Shown here piece after piece: positions 1 to 13,721 of a DNA stretch of 64,000 bases. Where the stretch lies: positions 62,001 through 126,000 of the forward strand of contig JBEWZL010000282.1 in assembly GCA_045837725.1 (NCBI GenBank). The letters are read 5' to 3'. Under the pieces are notes generated by a model. That model saw only the letters and a program-made list of their open reading frames with translations, searched no databases and was not told where the DNA came from. The translations under genes were made by a program, and so were the position numbers. Source of the stretch: Vermamoeba vermiformis. Lineage: Eukaryota. Positions within the stretch are counted from its first letter, which is position 1. Every line of letters begins with the position of its first letter.

Positions 1-358
1 CCGGAACCAGAAAGAAAACTGAACGAACCTTAGCCGCTGTGTTCGAAGCTTCTCAGTCTCAATTCGAAGAGAATCTATGTTTAATTGAGTGGTGGGTAAC
101 TTGGGCATTTGTGGTGTTGCTGTTCTTGGACTCTTTGTAGTCTGTTTTAAAAAAAAATGAACTTTTTTTGTTTGTCCGTCGAACAACTACGACAAGAATG
201 CACTTAATTCTTCTCTAATTTAATTCTTGAGCATATTAAGAATTGAAATTGCACAAATGGGTACTGTCAGGTGATTCATTTAGGCGACATCGCGTGATCC
301 ACACAGAAAAACGAGTGTCAACAAATGAATATCCTTATTAAACAAATTTTCAGTACAT

Positions 359-1117
359 ATGCAACGCATTGTCACCGAAGCAATGAAAAGACAGACAAAA
401 ACGGCTTCGGCAATTAAATCCAGCAAACCGATCCGAAAGAAATTGCCGCCTTTCAATTACGGGAAAGATTTCAAGGCCATTGATGTTAGAAAAAATCCAG
501 AAGAATATCAAGTAGGAAAAGGTAATTATAAATCAGATTTCTCGCGTTCATATGAAAATAATTTTAGGTTGCAAACTGGAATACTGATCTGATCTTTCTT
601 TAGGAGAGCAAGGCGTGCTTTTAGTCGAGCCCTATAAATCAGAAATATGCCAATATTGGCGATTTAAGACGCCCGAGATCGCCGAGAACTCAGCGAAGAA
701 GATCTACTCGATGTTTTTGGATTACAAATCGAAAAATGACTTTGTAGGCAAGCATTCAGCCAATAAGTCCAAAATTATTGCCGTATGAATAATATATATG
801 CATTATTAGGAATGGATATGGCTAGGAAATTCTTACAAATGGGATACACGCGCTCGCGACGTTACGCGAACCATAAGACCGGCAGAAAATGGTCGGATCC
901 GAAGGAAAAAGGGAGTGATGACGAGTTTAAGGAGCATACAATACCTAACAAGATCGCAAAATCCAAGAAAGAACGTCAAAGCCAAGAATTGTTGCCGAAA
1001 GATGAAGATCCGATAAAAGCCGCCAGCGCTCGAGTATTTTACGGCTATTATTTGCAAGCGAGAGAAGACGACGAATATAAAAAGAAAAAGAAGGAGCATC
1101 AAGATCGTTATGGTTAA
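359..1117 (+). CDS. DUF4385-family protein (3 exons: 359-521, 604-747, 810-1117)
   Basis: Spliced translation YQVGKGEQGVLLVEPYKSEICQYWRFKTPEIA...DFVGMDMARKFLQMGYTRSRRYANHKTGRKW matches the recalled DUF4385 signature. The second intron is GC-AG. Confidence 0.85.
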
Positions 1118-1335
1118 CTGATCTGTCTTTTTTGATTAGGATAAACTAAAAACGATATTGCTAGCAATCTAATTTGAATTTTTTGATAGCTATTTATACG
1201 ATCAAGTTATCCATCTGTTCTAGGACCTCGTACAAATATGATCAAAATAGGATGAAAAACAAGTAAAGACAGCCGTTTAAAATGGATGAGATCCGGTCAA
1301 ACTTTGGTCAAACCAAAGAATTTATGGTAGCTAGG

Positions 1336-4300
1336 TTAAGTTTGAGTGGTGCAAGAATTGAATGCGGTCTCTTTGACCAAACACTCTCTGTACCACAACT
1401 GATGCTTCACTGGTCCACTGTTGTTCGGTACGGCGAGTGTGGTTGAGGACTGAGGTGCGACAAGTTGCGTGCCAGTCGCGGCAGACACGACACGATGCGT
1501 GAAATCAGTCGTCAAGTCAGCTGTCAGAGAACATTAGAAAGAGCTTTTTTACAAACTTAGGGCCTTACTTCTAGCGGTCGTTGTCTTAATTGTGAAGTCG
1601 CTAGTTTGGCCACTTGAGCATTGCGTTGGCTCTTGAACTGTCACTTCCACTTCAGGACCGAGAACAACTTGACATCCTCCCCAGTTGCGAATCAGTGACA
1701 GTTGATCGGCGTTCAGATCTGATTTTGACATTTTGACACTTAGATCAAAGTAAGAGCGGATAGTACAAACTTACCATGGAAGATGTAAGCGGGTTCTGAA
1801 TCGATTTCTGCGGCGTTCTTCAGCGCCATTGTCAAATTAACGCCGTACGAAGTGATGTACATGAGAGCCATCGCTTGACCAGCCTGAAGCGTCGTGTAAT
1901 ACGCTGGCGAAACCGAAAAATCATTACCGATTAACGGTGAAATTTTGCTCTTCTTAATATCTCGCCCTTTGGGTCCTAATAATTTTTTTGTTAGAATCGT
2001 CAGCTTTGTTGATGAATTGCTCTATGAACAAAATTCAATTCAATTCTATTCTTTGATCAATTAAAGTGTTTTTTTGTTCAAACAGCGTACCTGCTACATG
2101 CACCGATTCAATTACTGACGTATAACTTTCAGCAGGGTTCGTAAAGGACTCTCCAATGTCGCCTTCTTGCCAAGGGAAGCTAAACATAATTAGTATTAAG
2201 TTGACTCATAAGGCAGATTAATCCTTTCTTCACAAACGCCGGTCAAACCAAATTTTTTTGGCAACCGATACGATAATTTTTCATATGTGGTACTATTTAC
2301 AACTATATATGTAGTATAGTCGTGGTATTCGGCTGGAAAAATTTAACGATTAAGAGCCGAGATAAAATAAACTCATTTTGAAATTTCGTTGAAAGTCAAA
2401 CTTTGTCAACGCCACGCTTTCCCCGTCATTAAATGGATAAAAATATTACTTACCTAGTGTAATAACGACCACCGTTCATCGGACTACGATCTATACAATA
2501 GTCCCAAGTTCTCCAATCGCCGTACAATCGCACTCGCTCCGGCTGCGAGCCAATGTTGTTCATGAACAAAATACTGCGCACGTAACTCGTTTCTGAGAAA
2601 AAAAATTAGGGCTTGTACGATCATTAATATTTCCAAATTAGGCAATAATGAAAGTTAATTTTTAAAAATAATAATAAAATTGATAATTTAATTTGATGAA
2701 ATTAGTGCGTTAGAACTTACCGCTAGGAGCGCTAAAGTGTACGTAGCTCTCAAGATTATGAAATTGACCTCGCTTATTCTCATCTGAGTCTAGAAAATCA
2801 GGATACGCAGGACCCCAAATAGCACCGTAGTCACCGACGCATGTAAAATTGGCTGTTGGAACGTACACCAACCCCAAATTATAATCTATTGTATCGTTTT
2901 TGCCTGAGGTCAGCGGGACACCTTCAATTTAAAGGAAGTTAAATCCATCTATTGTTATTGAATATTATAATATTTTTTACCATTAATGCTGTACACATGC
3001 TCGCTCACAAAGCTACTGGAAGCAGACTGCCCGTAGAAATCATGGTAAGAACCCCAACCTTTGAGAATACTAAATGAATATGCAGCCTGTTTCAAATTAA
3101 CGTTAACACATTATTACTAATTATAGTAATGACTTACCGATCCACTGCCATCATTAGTACCAAAATACCATTTCGCGGGAGAATCTATGTATGCACCAAC
3201 TTCGAGATTAGTGCAGCTATTTTGAGCAAATGCACCGCAGACAAGCAATAATAACAGCACGCACACAACGGCCAAAGATGAGCGAGCGCCGAACATCGAG
3301 CTTAAAACTATAGTAATCGAGAGAACGGATCCGATGAGAGACGATGGTCGTGAGGCAGTAGACGTCTTAGTTTGAGTCGGTGTGTTGCTGGTGGGAGAAT
3401 TACTGGTCGTGGGAACGGCGGATGGCCCAGCTGTGACGCAAGCAGTGAAAGGCGTCTCTTTGATAAGACACTCTTTGTACCACAACTGATGCACGACTGC
3501 GCCAACGTCGTTTGGAACTGTGATCGTTGACGACGATTGAGGGGCAACGAGTTGATCACCAGTCTCGAGAACTACACGATGAGTGAAGGCACTTGTAAAG
3601 TCGGCTGAACAGACAGAGCGACATTAGTATCATAATAAGACATTCTAGGGATTTGCACGTACTTCTAGTGGTCGTTGTCTTGACATTGAAGTCGCTAGTT
3701 TGGCCACTCGAGCATTGCGTTGGCTCTTGAACTGTCACTTCCACACCAGGACCGAGAACAACTTGGCATCCTCCCCAGTTGCGAATCAGTGCCAGTTGAT
3801 CGGCGTTCAGATCTGATTTTGACGTGTTGACACTTAGATCAAAGTACCAGAGCGGTGATCGTCAAACGTACCGTGGAAGATGAAAGCGGGTTCAGCATCG
3901 ATATCAGCAGCGTTCTTCAGCGCATTGGTCCTATTTCTGCCGATGCTCACGACGAACATGAGAGCCATTTCTTGACCTGCTTCGAGCTCGGCATAGTCGA
4001 CAGGAGCAACCACTTGAGCGGCCATATCGTGAACAATAAGAACGTCAGAATAGCGACCCTTTGGACCTACAATGATTATTAGGAATGTATGTATCATAAG
4101 TATTAGTAAATACCTCCTACGTGGAGACTATTTGGAAATGCGGTGAATCTGGATGCCGGATCATCGTTGTTTGCACCTAGATCTCCGGCTTGCCAAGGGA
4201 ACCTATTAATAAAAATCGTATTAATAATATTAATTATATAAATAATTTATAGATAATGCATACATCGTTAGATAACGCCCCTCATTCGATACAGTGCTGA

Positions 4301-5057
4301 GATCTGCGGCGTATCTCGGCAAGAACCAATCACTGACCAGATGAACGCGTTCGGCAACGCTGCCAACGTTCTTTATGTACAAAACAGAACGAACGTAACT
4401 TGTTTCTAAAAATAGATCAGATCCGGTTATAGATTTTGCCGAATTTTAAGTCTTTGACTCACGCCTTGGTGCACTGTAGTGAACATAAGCTTCAAGGTTT
4501 TGATACCGACCACGAATCTTTTTATCAGCAGATCGGTAATCTGGATAAGCAGGACCCCAAAGTGCACTGTGATCTGTTTCGCAAGTAAAGTTTGCCGTTC
4601 TGATAAAAACTGAACCGGTATCTCCTGAGTAATTCTTTCCTCCGCTTAACGGAACGGCTGTTTTTAAATGAAATTAATATTAACGAATTTAGAAAAAATT
4701 CTAAAATATTAAATCCGTACCATTTATCCAATAGTTAAATAAATTATTGTAGTACCCATTTGATATAGTACCATAAGGGTCTAGCTTAACCTTATAACCG
4801 CTATTCATAATAAATTCGTACACGGTCTTTTTAAAAAAAAACGTGGGTTAGTTATTTTAAATGGTGAACTTACCACGGCCAATACTGCCTAATTATATTA
4901 TACTTACTGAAATCCCATTATCACTATCTTGAATTCCAAACGTCCAATTGCCGATAACACCGCTAGGATCGTTCATCTCTAAATCATTACTTGTGCACAA
5001 GGAGCCATGCACAGGAGCGAGGAGTACGCAAGCGATAAATATTGCGTATTTAAGCAT
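1336..5057 (-). CDS. Secreted/surface protein with two tandem homologous modules (multi-exon)
   Basis: Signal peptide MLKYAIFIACVLLAPVHG at 5057. Both modules share WGPAYPD, ETSYVRS, PWQxGD, GPKGR, ALKNAA, NWGGCQVVLGP and HQLWYxECL. They are joined in frame through ORF 3117-3494. Stop at 1336-1338. Confidence 0.7.
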
Positions 5058-5770
5058 TGTTGATGTTATCCAGAAAATAACAAATGAAGTCGGCAACCGT
5101 TATTAATAGCTAAAAAAGTAAATTTTGTTGGAAGGATTGCCAACAATACTGTCGTCGGTTTTTTGAGTTCTAATTAAGAGGAGCTCGTACCACAGCTGCC
5201 CTCACTTTGTAGCAATGTCATATAGACTTGCCACTGCATAAAGGTCGGAAGTAGTTGTAGGACTTGATCAGATCTAACGCGTGAATCCGCTCCTACCACT
5301 GGCAAAAATAATTAATTATTTTATAAATTATAATTTTCCATGATAATACAACAATTAATTATATAGGTGTATCGATGTGGGGTAATTTTGGAATTTTTTG
5401 AATTTATATTTTATTCTAGAATTACCTCATCAAGCAGTACTTCCCTGAAGACGCGTTCATAGTGTCTGATATTTGGCAACCAATTCAGCGATTTAGAAAG
5501 GCTTATTTCAGCGACATTGGTTATTAGTGCTCCGTCAGCTCGATCGTGGAAGATTTTCAAATGCCAGTTTGAAAAACTTTATTGCGCACCTTAAACGCTG
5601 CGCTAAAAATGCTCCATCGTTGAATTAGGTACACCTACTTGTACCAATGGCGAAATAGGCTCCGCGCGGAACGTAAGATACTTGTTACGTTGTTACGTAA
5701 TGAATCACAACCCAACAATAAATTCACTGGCCTTTGGGTCTTTAGATATTATATTAGCACAAAGCACCAG

Positions 5771-7560
5771 ATGTGGATTTTAGTAGCTTTGGTATTGTTT
5801 TTTGCGCTGATCCTGCTCGGATTCAAAAGGCGCTATGACAGATTCTCGCAATTCAAAGGCATCTCAGTATTGCAGCTCTTCTTTATAAAAAATATTCATC
5901 ACCGAATTACTGCCCTACGAAACGAGAAATTAGTTGTATTAAATACTCCTGCATTTTCAGCAATTTTGGCCACGACTCCGGACAGCGCTAAAGTACGACT
6001 TACTTCGTTAGAAGCGAATTGATTCTTAATATTTATATTTTTAGTTTATTTTATCTGATGCAGAAAGCTTCCCTAAGGCTCCTAGAAATGTTTTACCGAA
6101 GCAAAAAAAATATTTATTATTCAACAAGAATATTTTATTGACAAACGGCGATCAGTGGAGGTACGTGCAGCATTGAAATAATTATTTTTATGCTAATTAC
6201 ATCTTTTAGACAATATCGAAACGTTTTATCGCCACCATTCCATTTTGACGCAGTCAAGCAATGGATCCCGCACTTCCATCAACTTACTCTCGAACTCATG
6301 CAACACTGGACACCTCTTGTCAACAAAAACGAATCAATTGATATTGTACGATGGATGCCACTGTTCACGCTGGATGTGCTTGGTACCACTGTGTTGAGCA
6401 GATCTTTCGACGCGATGAAAGGCAAAGAAGACAAAGAACTAGCCGCCCTTTCAGTGCTATTACAAAGTGCAGTCAGACCGTCAATTATGGTCTTGGGCAT
6501 GGTAAGTGACACGATCATCATGCATCAATCTTTTCATCAAACCTAATCTTCTCTTGCAGCTTGAAAGATTGACGGGCATAACGATGTTGCACGAATTGTA
6601 CACGAACATTGAAATCTTGGACAAATTCTTCATCGAGATTATTAACGTAAGCCATAATCTATAGTTAATATTAACTTACTAACTTACTATGGAATTGTCT
6701 AGTCTCGTAGAAACAAAAAGACTAACGACGGAAAATTCGACTTGATCGATGTCATGTTGAGCGCTCATGACCCGACTTGGGATGATAACGAGGCAAGTAC
6801 AAGTACCGCAAACATCTCTAGCTAGGCAAGCACTAATATACAAGTACTATAGCTCGTGTCAAACGCGTTCATCATGTTCGTGGCAGGTCACGAAACAACC
6901 TCCACCGCACTGACTTGGTTGTTCTATCATTTGGCAAACAACAAGCACGTGCAAGAGAAAGTCGCGGAAGAAGTCCGAAGAGTGTTGAACGGCAAGCCAG
7001 TCGATCAAGATTCACTGAAAGAACTGACCTACATGAACAACGTCATCAAAGAAAATATGCGCATGCAACCACCAGTGTTGTTAACCGCTACACGTGTTGC
7101 TGAAAAGGACGTCGAGTACGAAGGCAAAGTTATTCCAAAGGGCGTAAGTATTCACATGTCAAAAGAATTCAAACGAGATGATTGACACGTGTCAAAATGT
7201 CAGGCTCGAGTCGGCGTTGACATTTACGCGATCCATCATTCCCCCGAGATCTGGGACAATCCTGAAGAGTTCAATCCCGATCGATTCAACAAGCCTACAG
7301 TGCCGTTCAGTTATCTTCCGTTCTCACTCAAGTCACGTGCTTGGTACGTTCTCTTTCATGAAAAATCTTGATAGATAGCTGATACGGATTCGTATTGCAG
7401 CCTTGGCAATCAATTCTCATTGGTGGAACAAGCAGTGTTTTTTGCAACGTTCTTACAACACTTCAAAGTCGACTCTGTTCGCGCGTTCAAACCGATCACT
7501 GGCAATCATCCGGCCTTCAACCAACCTAAAGAACTCAAAGTCAGCTTGAACAAGGTGTAA
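5771..7560 (+). CDS. Cytochrome P450 (multi-exon)
   Basis: N-terminal TM anchor, I-helix FVAGHETT, K-helix ENMR, PEEFNPDRF and heme motif PFSLKSRACLG (Cys codon split by an intron). Confidence 0.95.
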
Positions 7561-7813
7561 TTGTACACGTTAATGATTGATTAAGAGTTATTGTAAAGGT
7601 CCGTGTAAATAGATCTATTAGCTTAATATGTTTCAATTCTATTTAAATCGAACAAAATTAGTTGTAGTATTAATGACATAGAATTGTTATTCAAATCGTA
7701 CAACGGTTCTGGCCAACATCCGGATTCGCCGAAGTTGAGACTACAAAAGCAAATGGTACCGAATTATTAACGTATATCTAGAGGCTGATAGCTAATAAGA
7801 CACTTTTAATTAA

Positions 7814-10450
7814 TTAATACGCCTCCAATTTAACTAACTTCTCGCTCAGCTCCCACAATTCGGTTGCGGATTTGGGATCCAAGGCAATCTTGTTAAAAGG
7901 CTAAATAGCATTAAAGTCAATAAGCTGATTTGAGCGAAAAGTTATGCTATGGCGAAGTACCTGATTTTGACAGCTCCAGAAATAAAGGCAATCAGAAGAT
8001 CCGCGCAAGGCTGGAGACAAAGAGGCAAAAATAGCCGTGTAGGCTCCCTAAAAATAGAAAAATCGTAAGATAACGTCAAATATAGCCAATTGATATTTAA
8101 AGACGCTAATTTTGGCTTCAAATATTACCTCAGCAGGAGTTCGCCAGACCATGCCTTGAGGCAAAATGTCGTAGGCTTTGTCAAACAACCAAGCAACGAC
8201 TCCCGGCATATCGCGAGTGACGCTAGTCTTGACGCCCTATACAAAAAATAGTAGTTAAATCATCAATTTTCAGATCCGGATTTAAAAAAAATTAAATTTA
8301 AACGTCGTGGGACTTACTCCAGGGTGAACAGTAAATACATCGACGTTCTTAATGCCCTTGTTGACGAGTCTGCGCTTCAACTCGATCGACGCCATTTGAA
8401 TAGCCAATTTGCCGCGGACGTACGCAATGAACGGCGAGTAAACAGATCGTTCAAAGTTAACGTCTTCAAACCACGCGCCAACTACAAAGACGTTAGTACA
8501 AGATAAAATAGAAATTACTGTCAAATTGGCAATAGCAAAATGCAAAGTTTTTTCTCAGAAAAAACTTAGCTACAAAACTTAAGCAAAGCTCAATAGCTCA
8601 ATAACTCTGGCTTAATGCCCGATAGATCTATTATATATTGATGCTACTGCGATATGGGGATAGACAGAATACATAGACAGATCTAACGAACCTTTCTTCA
8701 TGACCCAACCAGCTAAAGTAGAGATCAACGTTAGTAACATAAAAATGACGGCTTAGAAACTATGGGGGGTACATAATAGAAGTAGATAGTAGATACGAAA
8801 GCAATGACTGTTTTCTTTCAAAACATCTCGATCTGCTTAATTTTTTTCAACGGATTCAAATTCTGAGCACTTATTCTCAGCTCATGTTATTGACTTAAAC
8901 TATAGCTAATGATATTAATAATATAATACTAGTCTACTTCAATCAAGCACTGATTCAACAGCTTGATCGCTGTTTCTTAGTATAGTACAAATGGCGCGTT
9001 TGCAAATCGAAGAAAATTACCAAAATAATTCAATGAGCTTAATATATCAATATTATACTATAATAGTAGTGCTATTCGCTATTATTATTGAAGTACTTAC
9101 CCCAGTTGTAAGTAGCGGATGTCAAGTTGACAATTCTTGAAGGTCCATTGCGAGCCAATTCGTCGATCAACAAACGAGACAACAAGAAGTGACCCAAATA
9201 GTTCTATATAATACGAATACGTTAATTAGTAACGGATCGAAGATGAAGGACAGAAGATCCGGATCTGATCGAAGCAATTTCGCTTAAGGCACAAGGTGCG
9301 ACTTGTAATCCACGAAACATTATTATTTAGCCATCTTGTATATGAAAAAAAATTAAATCTGCTTATCATGAAAATGCAAGCCAAGATCTGATTTCGGACC
9401 AGCGAGATCTAACTTAGAAGATAGTATAATTGATCCAATAATTATACTTACGATAGCAAAGTGCGATTCAATGCCGTCAACGGTCTTGCCGAATGGTTGG
9501 AACATAACACCAGCGTTATTCACCAACAAATTGATGCGCCAGCCTTTACGCTTGATCTCTTCAGCAAAAGCACGAACACTCTGTTGAGAACCGACATCGA
9601 GGGGCATATACTCGACATTGTAGGGCTTGGAGATGGCCGAGTTGCGCTTTTTGATGTCTGCAATTGCTTCGAGAGCTCGTTCTTTCGATCTGCAACCTAT
9701 TTTTAGAATTTAAAAAGGTTAGTTTCTTTTGCAGGAGCAAAACTTTAGTATTAGCAATCATATTAAAATAGTCATATGCATAATTAAATTTACTCAATGA
9801 CAGGTTTCGGTTAGGAATATGAAGTAAAGAGATAATTTAATAAAAATTAACGCCTTGATACTGCTGTTGATAATTCTCCGCTTATTAAAAAACTACTAAT
9901 AACCGGCTTTCAATATTGATCGCATTAATATATTTAAGCAACACTTACCAATGACAACGCGATAGCCGGTAGCGGCCAAGGCACGAGCGATCTCCAAACC
10001 AATTCCCGTATTTCCACCAGTAACGATGCAAGTATAACCAGTCATATCGCCTGCATCCTTAATAGCTTGGTCCACCTAAAAATAGCTTAAATTAATTTAC
10101 TAAATAAAAAAAATTGACGTAAAAGGTAGATCACCACTGTGAGAGTATATTAAATTCCGAAATTGTTAGAAACTAGTCTAATCCTACTCAATAAATTTTT
10201 TGCACGAATAATTAATGATTTTTAAAATAAATTAACCCAACTGACACACCGTAAAAATAGACGATCCGACAATTTAATTAATTTACCGCATTTAAGCCTG
10301 CGTAAAAGTGTTATAATAATTACTTACTATTTTTGAGCGCTGTCCGCGGTACCAAGTAAGGAAGTCCAGCTCCGCGACGGTGATCCACATTCCAACAAAA
10401 ATCAAAAAGAAGGTGTCCCACGCGTGGCGCAGTTTGCTAACGAGACTCAT
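7814..10450 (-). CDS. Short-chain dehydrogenase/reductase (retinol dehydrogenase/WWOX-like), multi-exon
   Basis: TGGNTGIG Rossmann motif (~9990-10025), LDVGSQQSV, LLVNNAGVM, NYLGHFL, VHPG and LWELSEKL. Confidence 0.9.
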
Positions 10451-10654
10451 GATTATATATAGCACCTAACTGCAATAATAAGTGTTGGTGGTGTGTTGTA
10501 TCGTGTTGGGATCAGTAACTAAATAAAAATCAAAACCCGCAACTAACAAGAGCACAAAATTAAATTAAACCAATCTTGTGCCTCTTACTTACCTCATCAT
10601 ATTTAATATTGCTCAATTATTACAAAGCAAACGAAAGCAAACGGACTGAAAGAT

Positions 10655-12116
10655 ATGCTTCGACAGATTTGGGCTCGTGCTTCAAAATTAGTAAGCAAAC
10701 AATCTGTTCAAGTAAAATAAGGATAATTTAATATAGAATCTACATTTGGCATTGAAATACAAGCGCTAGTTATTTTTTAATATTTATTTTTCAAAAATTA
10801 TTTGGATCTTGCAATTTCTGCTCTAATAATCCTTACAGGACAGGATCTCTATATTTGCATCAACCAATAGACGAAATTATTCGCAACAATCAAACGATTT
10901 GGTATTATGCGACTTCAAAAATGATAAGAAAATAGCCGTCTTAACGCTGAACAACTCTAAAAAACGCAATGCTCTGTCAAAAGACATGTTATTAGCGTTA
11001 AAAAATCGTTTGGAACAGGTTAAACAACAGTATCAAGGCAATGAAGGCACGAGAGTCGTTGTTTTGAAGGCTGATGGCCCTGTGTTCAGTTCAGGCCATG
11101 ATCTCAAGGAGGTAAATACTAGTTATAGCTACAGTAATTACAATAATTTATTATTATGCGCAAAATATTCAATAATTTTAAGATCCGCTTGCGTTTCAAA
11201 AGTAACCTTAAGTGTGTTAGGTCTTTTTGTTTATGATATTATTTAGCTAAATATCGCAAATTTATAGATTAATCAAGCCACTCGCAAAGAGCACGATGAA
11301 ATATTCGCATTATGTACGGAAGTTATGAACGCTGTTCAAGATCTGCCGCAGCCAGGTACGCACATTATTCTCGTCATCAATTATACGCGTATTTAATACG
11401 AAACACATAGTTATTGCACAAATTAATGGTTTGGCAACTGCTGCGGGCGCTCAACTTGTCGCGACGTGCGATCTAGCCTTGGCAACGAAACAATCAACAT
11501 TTGCAACACCCGGAGTTAAAATTGGCTTATTTTGGTATGAAATAATAAGCATAATATAGGCATATTAATAATGGTCCATTAGCACTACTCCCGGCGTTGC
11601 TATTGTCAGGAAAGTAACGCCACAAAGAAAGGCCTTAGAAATGTTGTTAACAGGCGATTCAATTACGTAAGTATTGTGCATTATAATATTCACGATATTA
11701 ATGACTAATATATATTTTTTGTTACTTATAGAGCTCAAGAAGCTCTTCAGTATGGCCTGTTGAATAAAGTAGTCGAAGATGAAAACGAACTTGAAAAAGA
11801 GACAGAAGCGCTCGCGCAGAAGCTAATCAACTCTAGCGCTGCTGTATTAGCACGTAAGTATATATATTATTGGCCTGTTGCATTGATGCAGATCAAGTTT
11901 AAAGACGCGATCGAGATCCAAAACAAGAATTATTTCTTATTTCCTTAATATTTAGTTGGCAAGAAGGCGTTCTATCAACAAATTAATATGCCGCAGAATG
12001 AAGCTTACACATATGCATGCAGCATAATGTCTGAAAATATAAATGAGATTGAAGATGCGAAAGAAGGGATTGGTGCATTCTTAGGCAAGCGTCATCCGAA
12101 GTGGTCTGGCAAATAG
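10655..12116 (+). CDS. ECHDC3: Enoyl-CoA hydratase/crotonase family, ECHDC3-like, mitochondrial presequence
   Basis: LNNSKKRNALS, GPVFSSGHDLKE, GLATAAGAQLVATCDL, FATPGVKIGLFCTTPGVA and EGIGAFLGKRHPKW. Confidence 0.85.
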
Positions 12117-12258
12117 ATCAATTGTGCGCAATAAATTCTTGTAAATTCGCTGATGAAAGATCTTTCGGAAACCGCCAGTAATTGGCGAGGCAAAAATTTA
12201 TTAACAAATCCAATAGACAAAATTTCGATATTAACTATAATATCGTATTATATATGCT

Positions 12259-13230
12259 TTAGCAAGTAGAAGGGCACTTAATAGAAGTAGTACCGAACCA
12301 GACGTGCATGGTGCTCCACAAAGAGAGACTGCTCCAGCCGCAATCGCCGCAGAAGTTCTTGCACATCAAATAACCGTTGATAGGGATGATGTCTATATAA
12401 ATAATATTATTAGCATAAGAATAGATTGCTAACAGAAGTCCGTGTCACGGATGTCGTTGGATGGAATTTCTTTTGTTTAGAATCGCTTACCCCATTGGTT
12501 GTGGCCGAATAAACCTTGTTGGACGCTCTTCGAGGCGAAGAAAACAGCGTTGAGGTTGCCGTTATTGTCGTACATAGGAACAAGAGGCAACAGATTTGAC
12601 GCGTTGTAAGACTAGAATTTAAAAATGTCAGCAAAATAATTTTTAAAATTAAAAACAATAATTTCGTACGATAATAGGAGCAGAAGCCAAGTCATATTCC
12701 CAATGACGACCCATTCCATCAATGCAGGCACCGCGAGACCATTGTTTAGCGGCAGCTTCGTCCTCGTTGGCAGGGACGCGTTGATTGATACCATCGGGGT
12801 TGATCACAATACGATCGCCAATAGGATCAGAGAAAGGAGTGTTGATAGTGCACAAGTTTGATTGAGCTGATCGAGTTGCAACCTTGATGCGGTATTGGGA
12901 ACTGTCAACCCAGAGGTAGTAACCACGGCTATTCCACAAATCGGGAACATCTCCGAAGACTTCAGTACCAAAGCCGCTAAGTTGGCCATTGGCAGCGAAG
13001 TAAAGCGTGATCGGGTAAGATTCGGTGGGGTAAGGATTCTTCTTGTTCCAGGCTTGTCCAATGGAAGGAATGCACGCAGAATTAGATTGCACCCAGCCGG
13101 CAGCAGAGGCAGCGTTAGTGGTAGTAGGCAAAGGCTGTTGATCGCCAGCGGAGTGAATCAGATCTTTGCCGAAGCCGTGAGCCAAGCAGACGATTGAAAG
13201 AGCGACAGTAAGATAAATAATTGCTCTCAT
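12259..13230 (-). CDS. Secreted Cys-containing protein of unknown function (multi-exon)
   Basis: Signal peptide MRAIIYLTVALSIVCLAHG, 193-aa first ORF with ACIDGMGRHWEYDL, and terminal exon MCKNFCGDCGW...STMHVWF...CPSTC*. Confidence 0.75.
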
Positions 13231-13721
13231 TTGTGTTGTTTTACGTTGTTAACAGCAAAGTGAATAAATAAACCATTCCAAAACTGCCGATTTTATGTCT
13301 GGCATTAAGCACGTGATAGTCCAGTTAGGAGAACCATGTCTGTTACTAAATTTGGCCTCCGGAAAAATATCAAACCCCTGAAATGGTGCACTCGTCATTC
13401 CCTGCTCATACGTGCAAAAAATATCGTTGGCAATCTTCGACAAACCTTTCCTAGGTCTTTCGGAACAACATTAATTGCCTGAATATCAGTCTAACGTTAA
13501 GACCGCAATCCTAATTCAACGTGCCAGACGCCAACGGCAGATCGGCATTCTAGAATCGAAGTTTATGGATCTGAAGTAAGTAACCGATCGAAAACAAAAT
13601 ATTGTGAACTTCAAAGAGGAATGATCCTTTTATTAATTTGTTACACTTTTAATTCAATATTTAGCCTCAGAAAGCCAATACTAAACAATTTTTAAGGAAC
13701 TCACGATCTGATAGAGATCCT

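Noticed and set aside
329-356. ATATCCTT...AC resembling an AT-AC U12 intron upstream of DUF4385 (would be in frame with ATG 325)
   Set aside because: Only 28 nt, no separate branch site, and not needed for the gene model.
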